From an uncultured Candidatus Hydrogenedens sp. (GTDB taxonomy: Bacteria > Myxococcota > UBA4151): a stretch of DNA of 64,000 nucleotides. A model generated the notes under the pieces. It searched no databases and was not told the origin of the DNA. It saw only the letters and a list, made by a program, of their open reading frames with translations. Positions 9,590 to 16,945 of the stretch are shown piece by piece. A program made the position numbers and the translations under genes. Location of the stretch: assembly GCA_902574205.1 (NCBI GenBank), contig CACGMS010000002.1:22746-86745 (forward strand). The letters run 5' to 3'. The number at the start of each line of letters is the position of its first letter. The stretch's first letter is position 1.

Positions 9590-9660
9590 TGATCGACTTC
9601 TCGTTAATTTCGAACCCTTGCGCTCAACTGAAGCGTGTGTACCATGCGGTAGGGGAGCGT

Positions 9661-9918
9661 ATGATGCGAGTGAAGCAGCCAGGGTGGCTACGATTGCGTT
9701 GGGCTGGCCTCGCGGTCCTGGCCGTTCTAATGTTTGGCTCGACACCAGCGTATGCGAAAAAGTTGGTTATCTCAGAAGCTTTTGAAATTACTGGGAAAAT
9801 ACAGCGACCTCAGGCGATGTATATCCTCCAGCGACAAAAGCTAAATCTCAAGGGTCTTCAACTTCGCCGGAGTCTAATTCCCAAGCTCTTAGAAAGTATG
9901 CGCAAGCCGCCACTTTGA
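9661..9918 (+). CDS. Small secreted hypothetical protein (about 85 aa).
   Basis: In the 9586-9918 ORF, the internal start ATG 9661 (after GGGGAG) gives the signal peptide MMRVKQPGWLRLRWAGLAVLAVLMFGSTPAYA. No recognisable domain. Confidence 0.3.
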   Translation: MMRVKQPGWLRLRWAGLAVLAVLMFGSTPAYAKKLVISEAFEITGKIQRPQAMYILQRQKLNLKGLQLRRSLIPKLLESMRKPPL

Positions 9919-10020
9919 CGGCTTGCCACACAAAAGAAAGTTAACTAACAACCCTCTTCAGATAATTGTGTGGTCCAAAATCTTGGGTCACTGAGGACAA
10001 GAGACATACAGGAGGTTCTC

Positions 10021-10671
10021 ATGTCGGTAGTTGCCGAGTTTTACAAACAGGGTGGTACTTGGATGCATCCCATCGCATTCGTGTCGGTGGTGGTGGTCGC
10101 GGTTTGTGCGGAGCGGATTTATTTCCTCTGGTTCCGTTACAACCTAAATGCTCACAGTTTCATGGGTCAGATTCAAAAGCTGATCATGGAAAACAGTGTC
10201 GATCGGGCGATCAAGCTGTGCAATGCTGAGCAGCATGCTGCGTTGCCGAGGATCGTGAAATCCGGTCTGACTCGCGCCAACAAAGGTGAGCAAGAAATCA
10301 CAAACGCTGTCGAAGAGATGGTGCTTGAGATGACCCCGCTCATCAGCAAGCGGATGGCATGGCTTCCGACGTTGGCGTCGTTGGCAACGATGCTCGGTCT
10401 TCTTGGTACGATTATCGGTATGATCGAAGCGTTCGCCGCCGTGGCGAAGGCAGCGCCTGATCAGAAGCAGGAAATGCTTGCCGGTGCTATTGCTATCGCG
10501 ATGAACACCACGGCGTTTGGTCTGATGGTCGCGATCCCGACCATGTTCCTTAGTCTGATTCTCAACACGTTGGTGAAGAAGATTATGGATGAAATTGATC
10601 AATACAGCATCAAGCTGGTTAATATGCTTGTCCTGCGTGGTCAGGGTGGGACCAACCCGCTCAATCGCTAG
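10021..10671 (+). CDS. MotA/TolQ/ExbB-family proton channel (AglR/TolQ-like).
   Basis: AGGAGG lies 6 nt upstream of ATG 10021, so the ORF-track start at 9970 is unlikely. About 216 aa with three TM helices and the conserved TolQ/ExbB C-terminal TM pair (LASLATMLGLLGTIIGMIEAF...AIAMNTTAFGLMVAIPTMF). Confidence 0.82.
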   Translation: MSVVAEFYKQGGTWMHPIAFVSVVVVAVCAERIYFLWFRYNLNAHSFMGQIQKLIMENSVDRAIKLCNAEQHAALPRIVKSGLTRANKGEQEITNAVEEMVLEMTPLISKRMAWLPTLASLATMLGLLGTIIGMIEAFAAVAKAAPDQKQEMLAGAIAIAMNTTAFGLMVAIPTMFLSLILNTLVKKIMDEIDQYSIKLVNMLVLRGQGGTNPLNR

Positions 10672-10751
10672 GAAGTGAATTGAGTGAATTGAGTCCTGTC
10701 GCTGGCGACGGTGGCTCTCTTATGGTTGTCTGAATATGTTGGAGTGACAGC

Positions 10752-11522
10752 GTGGCACGCAAAAAGATCAAGGAAGAAGTCCCTGAGCCAAACTTGGTTC
10801 CTGTGATGAACCTGGTGATGTTGTTGATCCCGTTCTTGTTGATGGCTTCGGCCTTCTTCGAAGTGGCGATCATTAACGTCAGTGCGCCGAAGGTAGCTTC
10901 TGGGCCGAGCTCGGATGATACCCCTAAAGATGATAAGCCGAAACTCAATCTGACCGTTGTGGTTAGTGACGGTGGTTTCAAGATTTGTGCGTATGGTGGT
11001 TGTCTTGGACCGGGCGGGGTTCGAGCTGAGGGTGGCGCCGCAAACGGTCCTGGGGCAGGTGGTAAGCCAACCGTTGCAACGACGCGCTTCTCGCATGAGT
11101 GCGTCGATAAAACTGCAACGCCTGCTCCTCCGGCATGTACCTTGCCGTTGCTTGCTTCGTGTCGGTCTGACGGCAGCGCACCTCATGATTTGCCGTATCC
11201 CGAGCGTTTGGCGAAAAATATGGATACGAACGGTGGCAGTCGCAAGGACTGCGATGGTGACGGTAAAGCCGATGTAGATATCTGCAAGGGTGAAGCAACA
11301 GACTGCAATTATCAGAATTATGACTACGCTGCATTGCGCAAGCATCTAGCTAAACTCAAGGCGGGAGCTGAGCAGGAGCGTAAGGTGATGATCATGGCCG
11401 ACGAAGGTATTCCCTTTGAGGTAGTCGTTGGGGTTATGGATATCGCTCGTGATATGAAGACCGAGAGCGGGGAGACGAAAGAGTTGTTCCCCGACGTGGT
11501 CCTTTCGCCGGGCTTCCAGTAG
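10752..11522 (+). CDS. ExbD/TolR-family protein (AglQ/AglS-like) with a roughly 110-aa Gly/Cys-rich periplasmic insertion.
   Basis: GTG start after GGAGTGA. Basic N-terminus plus TM (NLVPVMNLVMLLIPFLLMASAFF) as in ExbD. The C-terminal ExbD core is RKVMIMADEGIPFEVVVGVMDIARDMK. An 8-Cys Gly-rich insert lies between the first beta-strand and the core. Confidence 0.7.
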   Translation: MARKKIKEEVPEPNLVPVMNLVMLLIPFLLMASAFFEVAIINVSAPKVASGPSSDDTPKDDKPKLNLTVVVSDGGFKICAYGGCLGPGGVRAEGGAANGPGAGGKPTVATTRFSHECVDKTATPAPPACTLPLLASCRSDGSAPHDLPYPERLAKNMDTNGGSRKDCDGDGKADVDICKGEATDCNYQNYDYAALRKHLAKLKAGAEQERKVMIMADEGIPFEVVVGVMDIARDMKTESGETKELFPDVVLSPGFQ

Positions 11523-11541
11523 TCCGAAAGGAAGGTAAATC

Positions 11542-12144
11542 GTGACCGAAGAGCAAAATGTCGAGTCGGTTGAAGAGCAGAAGGCCGTTGAGTCGGTCGA
11601 CGGTGCTTATCCTGGATGGGATGAGCAACAACCGCCAGCGAAGAAGAAGAAACAGGCAGGAGGTATTGGTGACGAAGAGGTCCCGATGCCGAATATTACG
11701 TCGCTACTCGACGCGCTGTTCATTATTCTCGTGTTCCTCCTGAAAAGCTATTCAACCAACCCAGTTTCGGTGACTCAGAGCGCGAGTCTGAAGTTAGCGG
11801 CTTCCGCTGCGCAGCTCAGTCCGAAAGATGCATTGCCGGTGATTATTGATAAAAAAGGTATCACCGTCGACGGTATCGAGACGATGAAGTTTGATGATAA
11901 GGGTATGGTTCCGGCGGATCAGGTTGCCGGTCACATTATTGCGCCTTTGTCGCAGGCATTGCGTGATCAAGCTGAGAAGCAGCGTAAGCTGGCTCAGTTG
12001 AACACCGATGTCAGTTTTAAAGGTGAGTTGATTCTTATTTGCGATAAGGATTTACCATATAAAATCCTGCGCGATATCTTAATGACGGCTGGCGATGCGG
12101 AGTATGGTAATTTCCGTTTCGCTGTGATTAAGGCTGCGGGCTGA
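11542..12144 (+). CDS. ExbD/TolR-family protein (second paralogue).
   Basis: GTG start after AGGAAGG. Acidic N-terminal extension, then TM (ITSLLDALFIILVFLLK). The periplasmic ExbD-like core is GELILICDKDLPYKILRDILMTAGDAEYGNFRFAV. Confidence 0.7.
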   Translation: MTEEQNVESVEEQKAVESVDGAYPGWDEQQPPAKKKKQAGGIGDEEVPMPNITSLLDALFIILVFLLKSYSTNPVSVTQSASLKLAASAAQLSPKDALPVIIDKKGITVDGIETMKFDDKGMVPADQVAGHIIAPLSQALRDQAEKQRKLAQLNTDVSFKGELILICDKDLPYKILRDILMTAGDAEYGNFRFAVIKAAG

Positions 12145-12175
12145 TTACCCACCAGAGAGAAAGGCGACGCCATCT

Positions 12176-13534
12176 ATGGGCACGAAGGTTCTCAAGGTAG
12201 CGGTCACTCAAGGTAAAAAAATCCTTGAGCAGAAACTCATCAGTAGCCGAACTTCGGTTACCGTGGGGACTGCGGCATCGAATACATTGCATGTAAGCGG
12301 TGAAGGCTTACCGGATACTTATAATCTGTTTGAGGTTGTTGGCGGAAAGTATTGCCTGAACTTCACGGAGAAGATGACGGGCAAGGTCAATGTTGGTGGT
12401 GGTCAGCTTGATTTTGAAACTGCCCGACAACAGACCGGTGTGCGTAAGCGCGGTAATGAATACCAAATGGTACTCAGCGAGGCGTCCAAAGGTGCAATCG
12501 AGTTGGGTGCTGGCGGTGTCCGCATCATCTTTCAGTTTGTCGATGCGCCCGCTGATGCGGTGCCTGCAAAACTGGCAGATTCGACGTATATGCCGCCTCT
12601 GCAGCGCTTGGATCGAGTGTTTTGGGGTTGTTTGGTTGTCTCTGCGTTGCTGCATACGGGTGGGGTGATCGGTGCGATGAACGCGCCGCCACCGCCGAAG
12701 CGCAAGATCACCGAGTTGCCTGATCGTTTTGCTAAGATGATCATCAAGAAGCCGCCAAAAGTTAAGCCGAAAGAAGAAAAGAAAAAAGAGCCCAAGAAAG
12801 ACGGTGAGAAGAAGCCGTCCGAGAAAAAATCCGAAAAGAAAGCTGAGCCGAAACCAGAGAAAAAGCCGGCTAAAAAAGCTCAAACAGCTGCCAAGAAAGA
12901 AGAGCGTCGTGCCCAGGCTCAACAAGCCGTCCGCCAGAGCGCTGTCTTCAAGGCTTTAGCGATCGCTACGTCCGGCGGCGGCGCTGGCGTCGTGTTTCAG
13001 GCAGACGGTGACCCTCGAACTGATGTTAGCGCAGCGTTAGCGGCTTCGGGCGGAGCGGGTATCGCCGCTGCGGATGGAGGGCCCGGTGGGCCTGCTGTTC
13101 GAGGTGGCTCCGGTGGCGGAGGGCCTGTTGGTATTGGTGAAGTGGGCGGCGTGGCCGTCGGCGGCGGTGGGGGTAAGATAGCCAAGCGAAAAGGCCCGAA
13201 AATCCGCGTACGTATGAAGATGAGTAAGCCGAAGATTGACGACGGCGAGCTGGACGGAAAATCAGTTGCTCGTAAAATTCGGGCTCGAAAGCGTGCGTTC
13301 CAGGCTTGTTATGAGCGAGAACTCAAACGTAATCCGTCGCTCAAAGGTAAGCTGGTCTTAGAAGTTACGGTTGGCGAGAATGGTCGTGTCGCCGATATCT
13401 TTGTCGCCGATAACGCGCTCAATAACGCTGTGGCTAACTGCATCAAAGGCAAGATGCGTTCGATTCGTTTCCCGAAACCAGAGGGTGGCGAAGCAACGTT
13501 CTCCTATCCGTTCGTCTTTGCATCGAGTGGGTAG
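12176..13534 (+). CDS. Bitopic GltG(PglI)/GltJ(AgmX)-like protein. It has a cytoplasmic FHA-like domain, one TM, a Lys/Pro/Glu-rich linker, a Gly-rich segment and a C-terminal TonB-C-like AgmX/PglI-type domain.
   Basis: The N-terminal 135 aa carry a degenerate FHA pattern (VTVGTAASNTLHV...GGKYCLNFTEKMTGKVNVGG). TM is VFWGCLVVSALLHTGGVIGAM. Linker is PPPPKRK...KPKEEKKKEPKKDGEKKPSEKKSEKKAEPKPEKKPAKK. C-terminus is FQACYERELKRNPSLKGKLVLEVTVGENGRVADIFV...CIKGKMRSIRFPKPEGGEATFSYPFVF, which resembles the AgmX/PglI C-terminal (TonB-C-like) family. Confidence 0.65.
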   Translation: MGTKVLKVAVTQGKKILEQKLISSRTSVTVGTAASNTLHVSGEGLPDTYNLFEVVGGKYCLNFTEKMTGKVNVGGGQLDFETARQQTGVRKRGNEYQMVLSEASKGAIELGAGGVRIIFQFVDAPADAVPAKLADSTYMPPLQRLDRVFWGCLVVSALLHTGGVIGAMNAPPPPKRKITELPDRFAKMIIKKPPKVKPKEEKKKEPKKDGEKKPSEKKSEKKAEPKPEKKPAKKAQTAAKKEERRAQAQQAVRQSAVFKALAIATSGGGAGVVFQADGDPRTDVSAALAASGGAGIAAADGGPGGPAVRGGSGGGGPVGIGEVGGVAVGGGGGKIAKRKGPKIRVRMKMSKPKIDDGELDGKSVARKIRARKRAFQACYERELKRNPSLKGKLVLEVTVGENGRVADIFVADNALNNAVANCIKGKMRSIRFPKPEGGEATFSYPFVFASSG

Positions 13535-13536
13535 TT

Positions 13537-14463
13537 ATGCAGCGGCTGGATCGTGCGGGGATTGAAGTCCTTCTCGAGACTGAACAGTTCAAGAGTTGGT
13601 TTGCCGAACTTAACGGTCTCAATCATCGCCTCGAACTTTTAGAATCCTCGATTGAGCGCGCTGCGGAGGCGTGCGCAGAAGCCGGCTTCCGATGCACCTA
13701 TTGGCAAGAAGCTGCTGAAGAGGCGTTGTTGCGGTCAGCCGACCTGGGTAATACCTGCCATAATCTGCGTACGGAGATCGCTCGCTTAGAGAACGAAGCT
13801 TTTAGACGGCTTGCAGAGTTTGAGAGCGTTCGGGATGAGGTCACCGATCTGTGGATCAAAATTACAGCGATCGAGCATCGTTGTGATGATCATCCGGACG
13901 AAGCAACTCGCGTAAGGTCTCGAGCTCGCTATCAAGGCGAGTTGAAAAAACTTCGAGCAGCCTATGCATCCAGTAATGAGCGTAAAGAAGCACTTTGGCA
14001 GGCCGAAGAGCTGCTTTGGATGCAAGTGGCGGAGCAGACCCTCATGGTGCCCGAGATCGAAGTTCGTTCTCAGCGTTTAGAAGAGCGCTATGGACAGTTG
14101 ATGCACCGCGTTGAGGCGTTACAAGAGCGGGAGAAGCGTGCGCAACAAACGCTGGCTGATGAGCGTGAGGAACTGGTTGAAGTTCAGAAGCAAATGGCAA
14201 AATTGCGCTCTGCGGCAAAGATGTCGTTTTCCTGTGTTTGCCATGAAAATTTTCTCTATTGGCCGATTGGTGACGATGCGAAACTTGCTCTGGTTGTCGC
14301 CCTCAATTCGAATCCGACGGATTACAATATTGAGGTGAAGAGCGGGCAATTGTATCAATGTGAAACCGAGAGAGGCGTCCGGTATCTTGAGCCCGTCAGT
14401 GTCGGTACGTCGGTTGTGGAAGAAGATGAGCGTCTTATTCGGTTCTTTGAGGAGGTCGCATGA
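13537..14463 (+). CDS. Cytoplasmic coiled-coil hypothetical protein (308 aa).
   Basis: Starts 3 bp after the upstream stop. Heptad-rich, no TM or signal peptide. Its stop overlaps the next ATG (ATGA at 14460). Confidence 0.6.
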   Translation: MQRLDRAGIEVLLETEQFKSWFAELNGLNHRLELLESSIERAAEACAEAGFRCTYWQEAAEEALLRSADLGNTCHNLRTEIARLENEAFRRLAEFESVRDEVTDLWIKITAIEHRCDDHPDEATRVRSRARYQGELKKLRAAYASSNERKEALWQAEELLWMQVAEQTLMVPEIEVRSQRLEERYGQLMHRVEALQEREKRAQQTLADEREELVEVQKQMAKLRSAAKMSFSCVCHENFLYWPIGDDAKLALVVALNSNPTDYNIEVKSGQLYQCETERGVRYLEPVSVGTSVVEEDERLIRFFEEVA

Positions 14464-14918
14464 GTGAGGCTTATGATCGGGTCGAAGCGCTTCAGGCCTC
14501 GCCTTTGTTTAACGATCTTTTGCCGTTGGAAAAACAATATCTTGCGGATTTAGCAGTCCATCGCCAACTCGGAGCAGGCGACATCCTTTTTGAGGAAGGT
14601 GATGTTGGTGATGCGATGTATGTCGTGGTCAGTGGTGAGTTGGGCGTTGAGGTTGGCGAGAATGGTGTAAATCACGAAATAGCGACTTTAGTGGCGCCTG
14701 ATTTTGTGGGTGAAATGGCGTTGATTGATAAACGGCCTAGGGCAGCTCGCGTTCGCGCAAAATCGGATGCGGTTTTGTTAGCGATCAGCCATGCGAACAT
14801 TTACTCTTTTGCCCGTGTTCATCGAAGCGGTTTTACTTGGTTAGTGGTCAATATTGCGAAAAACCTGGCCAGCCGCTTACGTGCGATGAACGACGCTGCT
14901 TCGGGTGTGGCCGAGTGA
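14460..14918 (+). CDS. Standalone cyclic-nucleotide-binding (CAP-family cNMP) domain protein with no HTH.
   Basis: GDILFEEGDVGDAMYVVVSGEL...FVGEMALIDKRPRAARVRA is the canonical cNMP-binding beta-roll with the phosphate-binding GE...R(A)A. Only 152 aa, so no effector domain is fused. Confidence 0.8.
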   Translation: MSEAYDRVEALQASPLFNDLLPLEKQYLADLAVHRQLGAGDILFEEGDVGDAMYVVVSGELGVEVGENGVNHEIATLVAPDFVGEMALIDKRPRAARVRAKSDAVLLAISHANIYSFARVHRSGFTWLVVNIAKNLASRLRAMNDAASGVAE

Positions 14919-15028
14919 CCTTTTGGCCACCATTTTAAAAGGGTTACTTTGAACGACCATTTCCCTTGCCCCGATCGGCCGTTTCCCGGATACTATAACT
15001 CTAGCGCCGCGGTCTGTGATTTTGGCGC

Positions 15029-16333
15029 GTGTTTGGAGCCTTTGATTTGTTCATGTTAATGAACCAAAACCGCTTGTTGGTAGCGGTCTTAGGCTTCGCG
15101 TTCGTCAGCGCGCCTGCGTACGCAGAAGGCGGCATCAAGCTCACCTCGGAAGCACGAATGCACCCGTTGGTGCAAACTGGGTTCGCATTCGATTCGAATC
15201 CGCACCGTGCTTCTGGCGATACAGCTAAAGGCGATGGGTTCTTTCTGGTTCAAGGCGGCTTTGAGTTGAGTGTACCTTCTGATCGGCTCGACGTCCGCAT
15301 GAACAATGTCATCAGTTACAACCACTATCTGGGGTTGATGGCGGATCCGAACACCGTGGGGGGGAATACGGCAGCGCTCTCGACGGTCAAGGGTGGTTCG
15401 GCACTCCAGTTGCTCGGCAATCGTAAGGGTAAACTGCGATGGGGGCTGGCTGGGAAGGTCAGTCGCCTTGATGAGCCAGAGCCCCTGAATCTGGGTATTC
15501 GGCAGGGGCGTTGGTCCAATGGTGTTGATACGTTCTTGGAGTGGCGCCCCAGTGGCGGTGCTTTGGGCGTCAAACCAGCAGCCAGTTTGGTGTATGATGC
15601 GTATGACGCGTCAGGTGGGGTAGGCGCAACGAAGCTCAATAAGGTCGCTCCGGGTCTGAGACTTGATTTTGACTGGCGCTTTCTCCCGCGGACGCAGTTC
15701 GTGATCAACAATCATTGGACATCGGTGACGTACGTAAACGACGAAGCGGCTAACGGTTACGCTGATCCTGTGAGTTCAGAACTGGGCGTTATGGGACAGT
15801 TTTCGCCGCGTCTTTCAGCGATCATTGCCGTGGGTTATTCGGGTAGTCAGTTTCTGACATCGGACAAGAATACGGACAACGCGACGAAAACGTTTTCTGG
15901 GCAAGCCGAGATTCGTTACGATGAACGACGAAAGGTGACCTGGCGATTAGGTTTGCGCCGTCGGCTGCTGCCCGTATCGGTTTTTGGCTTCATGGCGGAC
16001 AACAGTGCCTATGCGCGCTACTCTGAGAAGTATTTGGGCGGTCTGCGCGTGGTGACACAACTCAAGGCAAGCCTTCGTACATTTGGCGCGCAGACGTCTG
16101 CACAAGACGTCATCCAGATTGGTACGGGTGAAGCACGAGCAGATATCACCGCGAGCTTTGATGCAAACATTCTCTGGCAACCGCAGAAATGGTGGGTAGC
16201 TGGTTTGACGAATCGTTTTGAGTACTTCACCACCAATAGTGTGTTCAAGTCAGCCGGTATGGCAGGTGATTCGCTGATTAGTCCTGATTTTGGGCGTAAT
16301 CTAACCATGTTGGTGTTCGAAGCCAAGTACTGA
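15029..16333 (+). CDS. Outer-membrane beta-barrel protein (partner of the downstream short OPX protein).
   Basis: Signal peptide (LLVAVLGFAFVSAPAYA). Alternating amphipathic beta-strand pattern throughout. Ends ...LTMLVFEAKY with a terminal aromatic typical of OMP barrels. A start at 15053 or 15059 is also possible. TGATG overlap with the next gene. Confidence 0.7.
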   Translation: MFGAFDLFMLMNQNRLLVAVLGFAFVSAPAYAEGGIKLTSEARMHPLVQTGFAFDSNPHRASGDTAKGDGFFLVQGGFELSVPSDRLDVRMNNVISYNHYLGLMADPNTVGGNTAALSTVKGGSALQLLGNRKGKLRWGLAGKVSRLDEPEPLNLGIRQGRWSNGVDTFLEWRPSGGALGVKPAASLVYDAYDASGGVGATKLNKVAPGLRLDFDWRFLPRTQFVINNHWTSVTYVNDEAANGYADPVSSELGVMGQFSPRLSAIIAVGYSGSQFLTSDKNTDNATKTFSGQAEIRYDERRKVTWRLGLRRRLLPVSVFGFMADNSAYARYSEKYLGGLRVVTQLKASLRTFGAQTSAQDVIQIGTGEARADITASFDANILWQPQKWWVAGLTNRFEYFTTNSVFKSAGMAGDSLISPDFGRNLTMLVFEAKY

Positions 16334-16926
16334 TGCGACTTGGTTGGGTTTGGATCGTCCTGGCGCTGGGTGCCTGTCGCGGGACAGTCGCTCCGGCACC
16401 TAAAACCGTTGATATCGAGAGTATTCGCGAGACGATTGAGAAGCGTCGTCACTTTATTGGCGCGGGTGACTCGGTTCAGATCCAAGTGTACCGAGAAAAG
16501 GAACTGTCGCTGAGCCAGATCGTCAGTCAGGATGGGACCATTTCGTTGCCGGTCACCGGAGAAGTCCAAGTCGCTGGAAAAACGCGTCAGCAGATTGAAG
16601 CTGAGCTCGAGACTAAACTGGTTAAGGCCGGTTTGAGTAACCCGAGGGTGTCCGTTTTGATCAAAAGGCTGATCTCCGCAAAGGTCTCTGTCTATGGTGA
16701 GGTGACTAAGCCTGGTACCTTTCCGTACGAGTCTGGGATGACAGTTGTTCAGGCGATTACCATGGCCGACGGGTTTAAGCGGACCGCCCTACAAGATAGA
16801 GTCATGATTATTCATGCCAATGGGGAGCGCCTCGAGGTGCCTGTGCGCCAGATTGGGTTGGGAAAAGTTCCGAATGTACCTTTGTTACCCGGTGATGTGA
16901 TCTACGTCCCAGAGAGCTATTTTTAG
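16333..16926 (+). CDS. Short Wza-like outer-membrane polysaccharide export (OPX) protein with a Poly_export/SLBB domain.
   Basis: VQIQVYREKELS...ISQDGTISLPVTGEVQVAGKTRQQIEAELETKL matches the PES/Wza N-terminal motif and is followed by an SLBB-like segment. At 197 aa it lacks the C-terminal OM-spanning helix of full-length Wza. Confidence 0.75.
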   Translation: MRLGWVWIVLALGACRGTVAPAPKTVDIESIRETIEKRRHFIGAGDSVQIQVYREKELSLSQIVSQDGTISLPVTGEVQVAGKTRQQIEAELETKLVKAGLSNPRVSVLIKRLISAKVSVYGEVTKPGTFPYESGMTVVQAITMADGFKRTALQDRVMIIHANGERLEVPVRQIGLGKVPNVPLLPGDVIYVPESYF

Positions 16927-16945
16927 TCGCTGAAAGGACTGGGTC

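Noticed and set aside
8959-9745. Minus-strand ORFs 8959-9489 and 9236-9745 (poly-Phe/Ser/Leu).
   Set aside because: They are antisense to the Lys/Glu-rich region of the 650-aa TPR gene. This is a compositional artefact.
9970-10020. ORF-track start of the TolQ-like gene at 9970.
   Set aside because: It adds 17 non-conserved residues. AGGAGG precedes ATG 10021, and the TolQ/ExbB N-terminus starts there.
10668-11345. 225-aa minus-strand ORF and nested ORFs.
   Set aside because: Antisense to the ExbD-like gene, which has a clear ExbD core and an RBS. No domain signal.
12308-12925. 205-aa minus-strand ORF.
   Set aside because: Antisense to the Lys-rich linker of the GltG-like gene. Low complexity.
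10021-13534. Alternative reading as a plain ExbB-ExbD1-ExbD2-TonB iron-uptake energiser, or as Tol-Pal.
   Set aside because: It is not fully excluded. However, the TonB-C protein has a 135-aa cytoplasmic FHA-like domain before its TM, unlike TonB or TolA. No tolB/pal or TonB-dependent receptor genes are adjacent. Secreted TPR proteins and an MglB-like protein are co-clustered. The Agl/Glt-type interpretation is therefore favoured.
14919-14945. Possible sigma54 -24/-12 element (TGGCCACC...).
   Set aside because: The GG is present, but there is no TTGC/-12 GC element at the correct spacing.
16018-16569. 183-aa minus-strand ORF.
   Set aside because: It spans the OMP/OPX gene junction on the opposite strand. 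No support.
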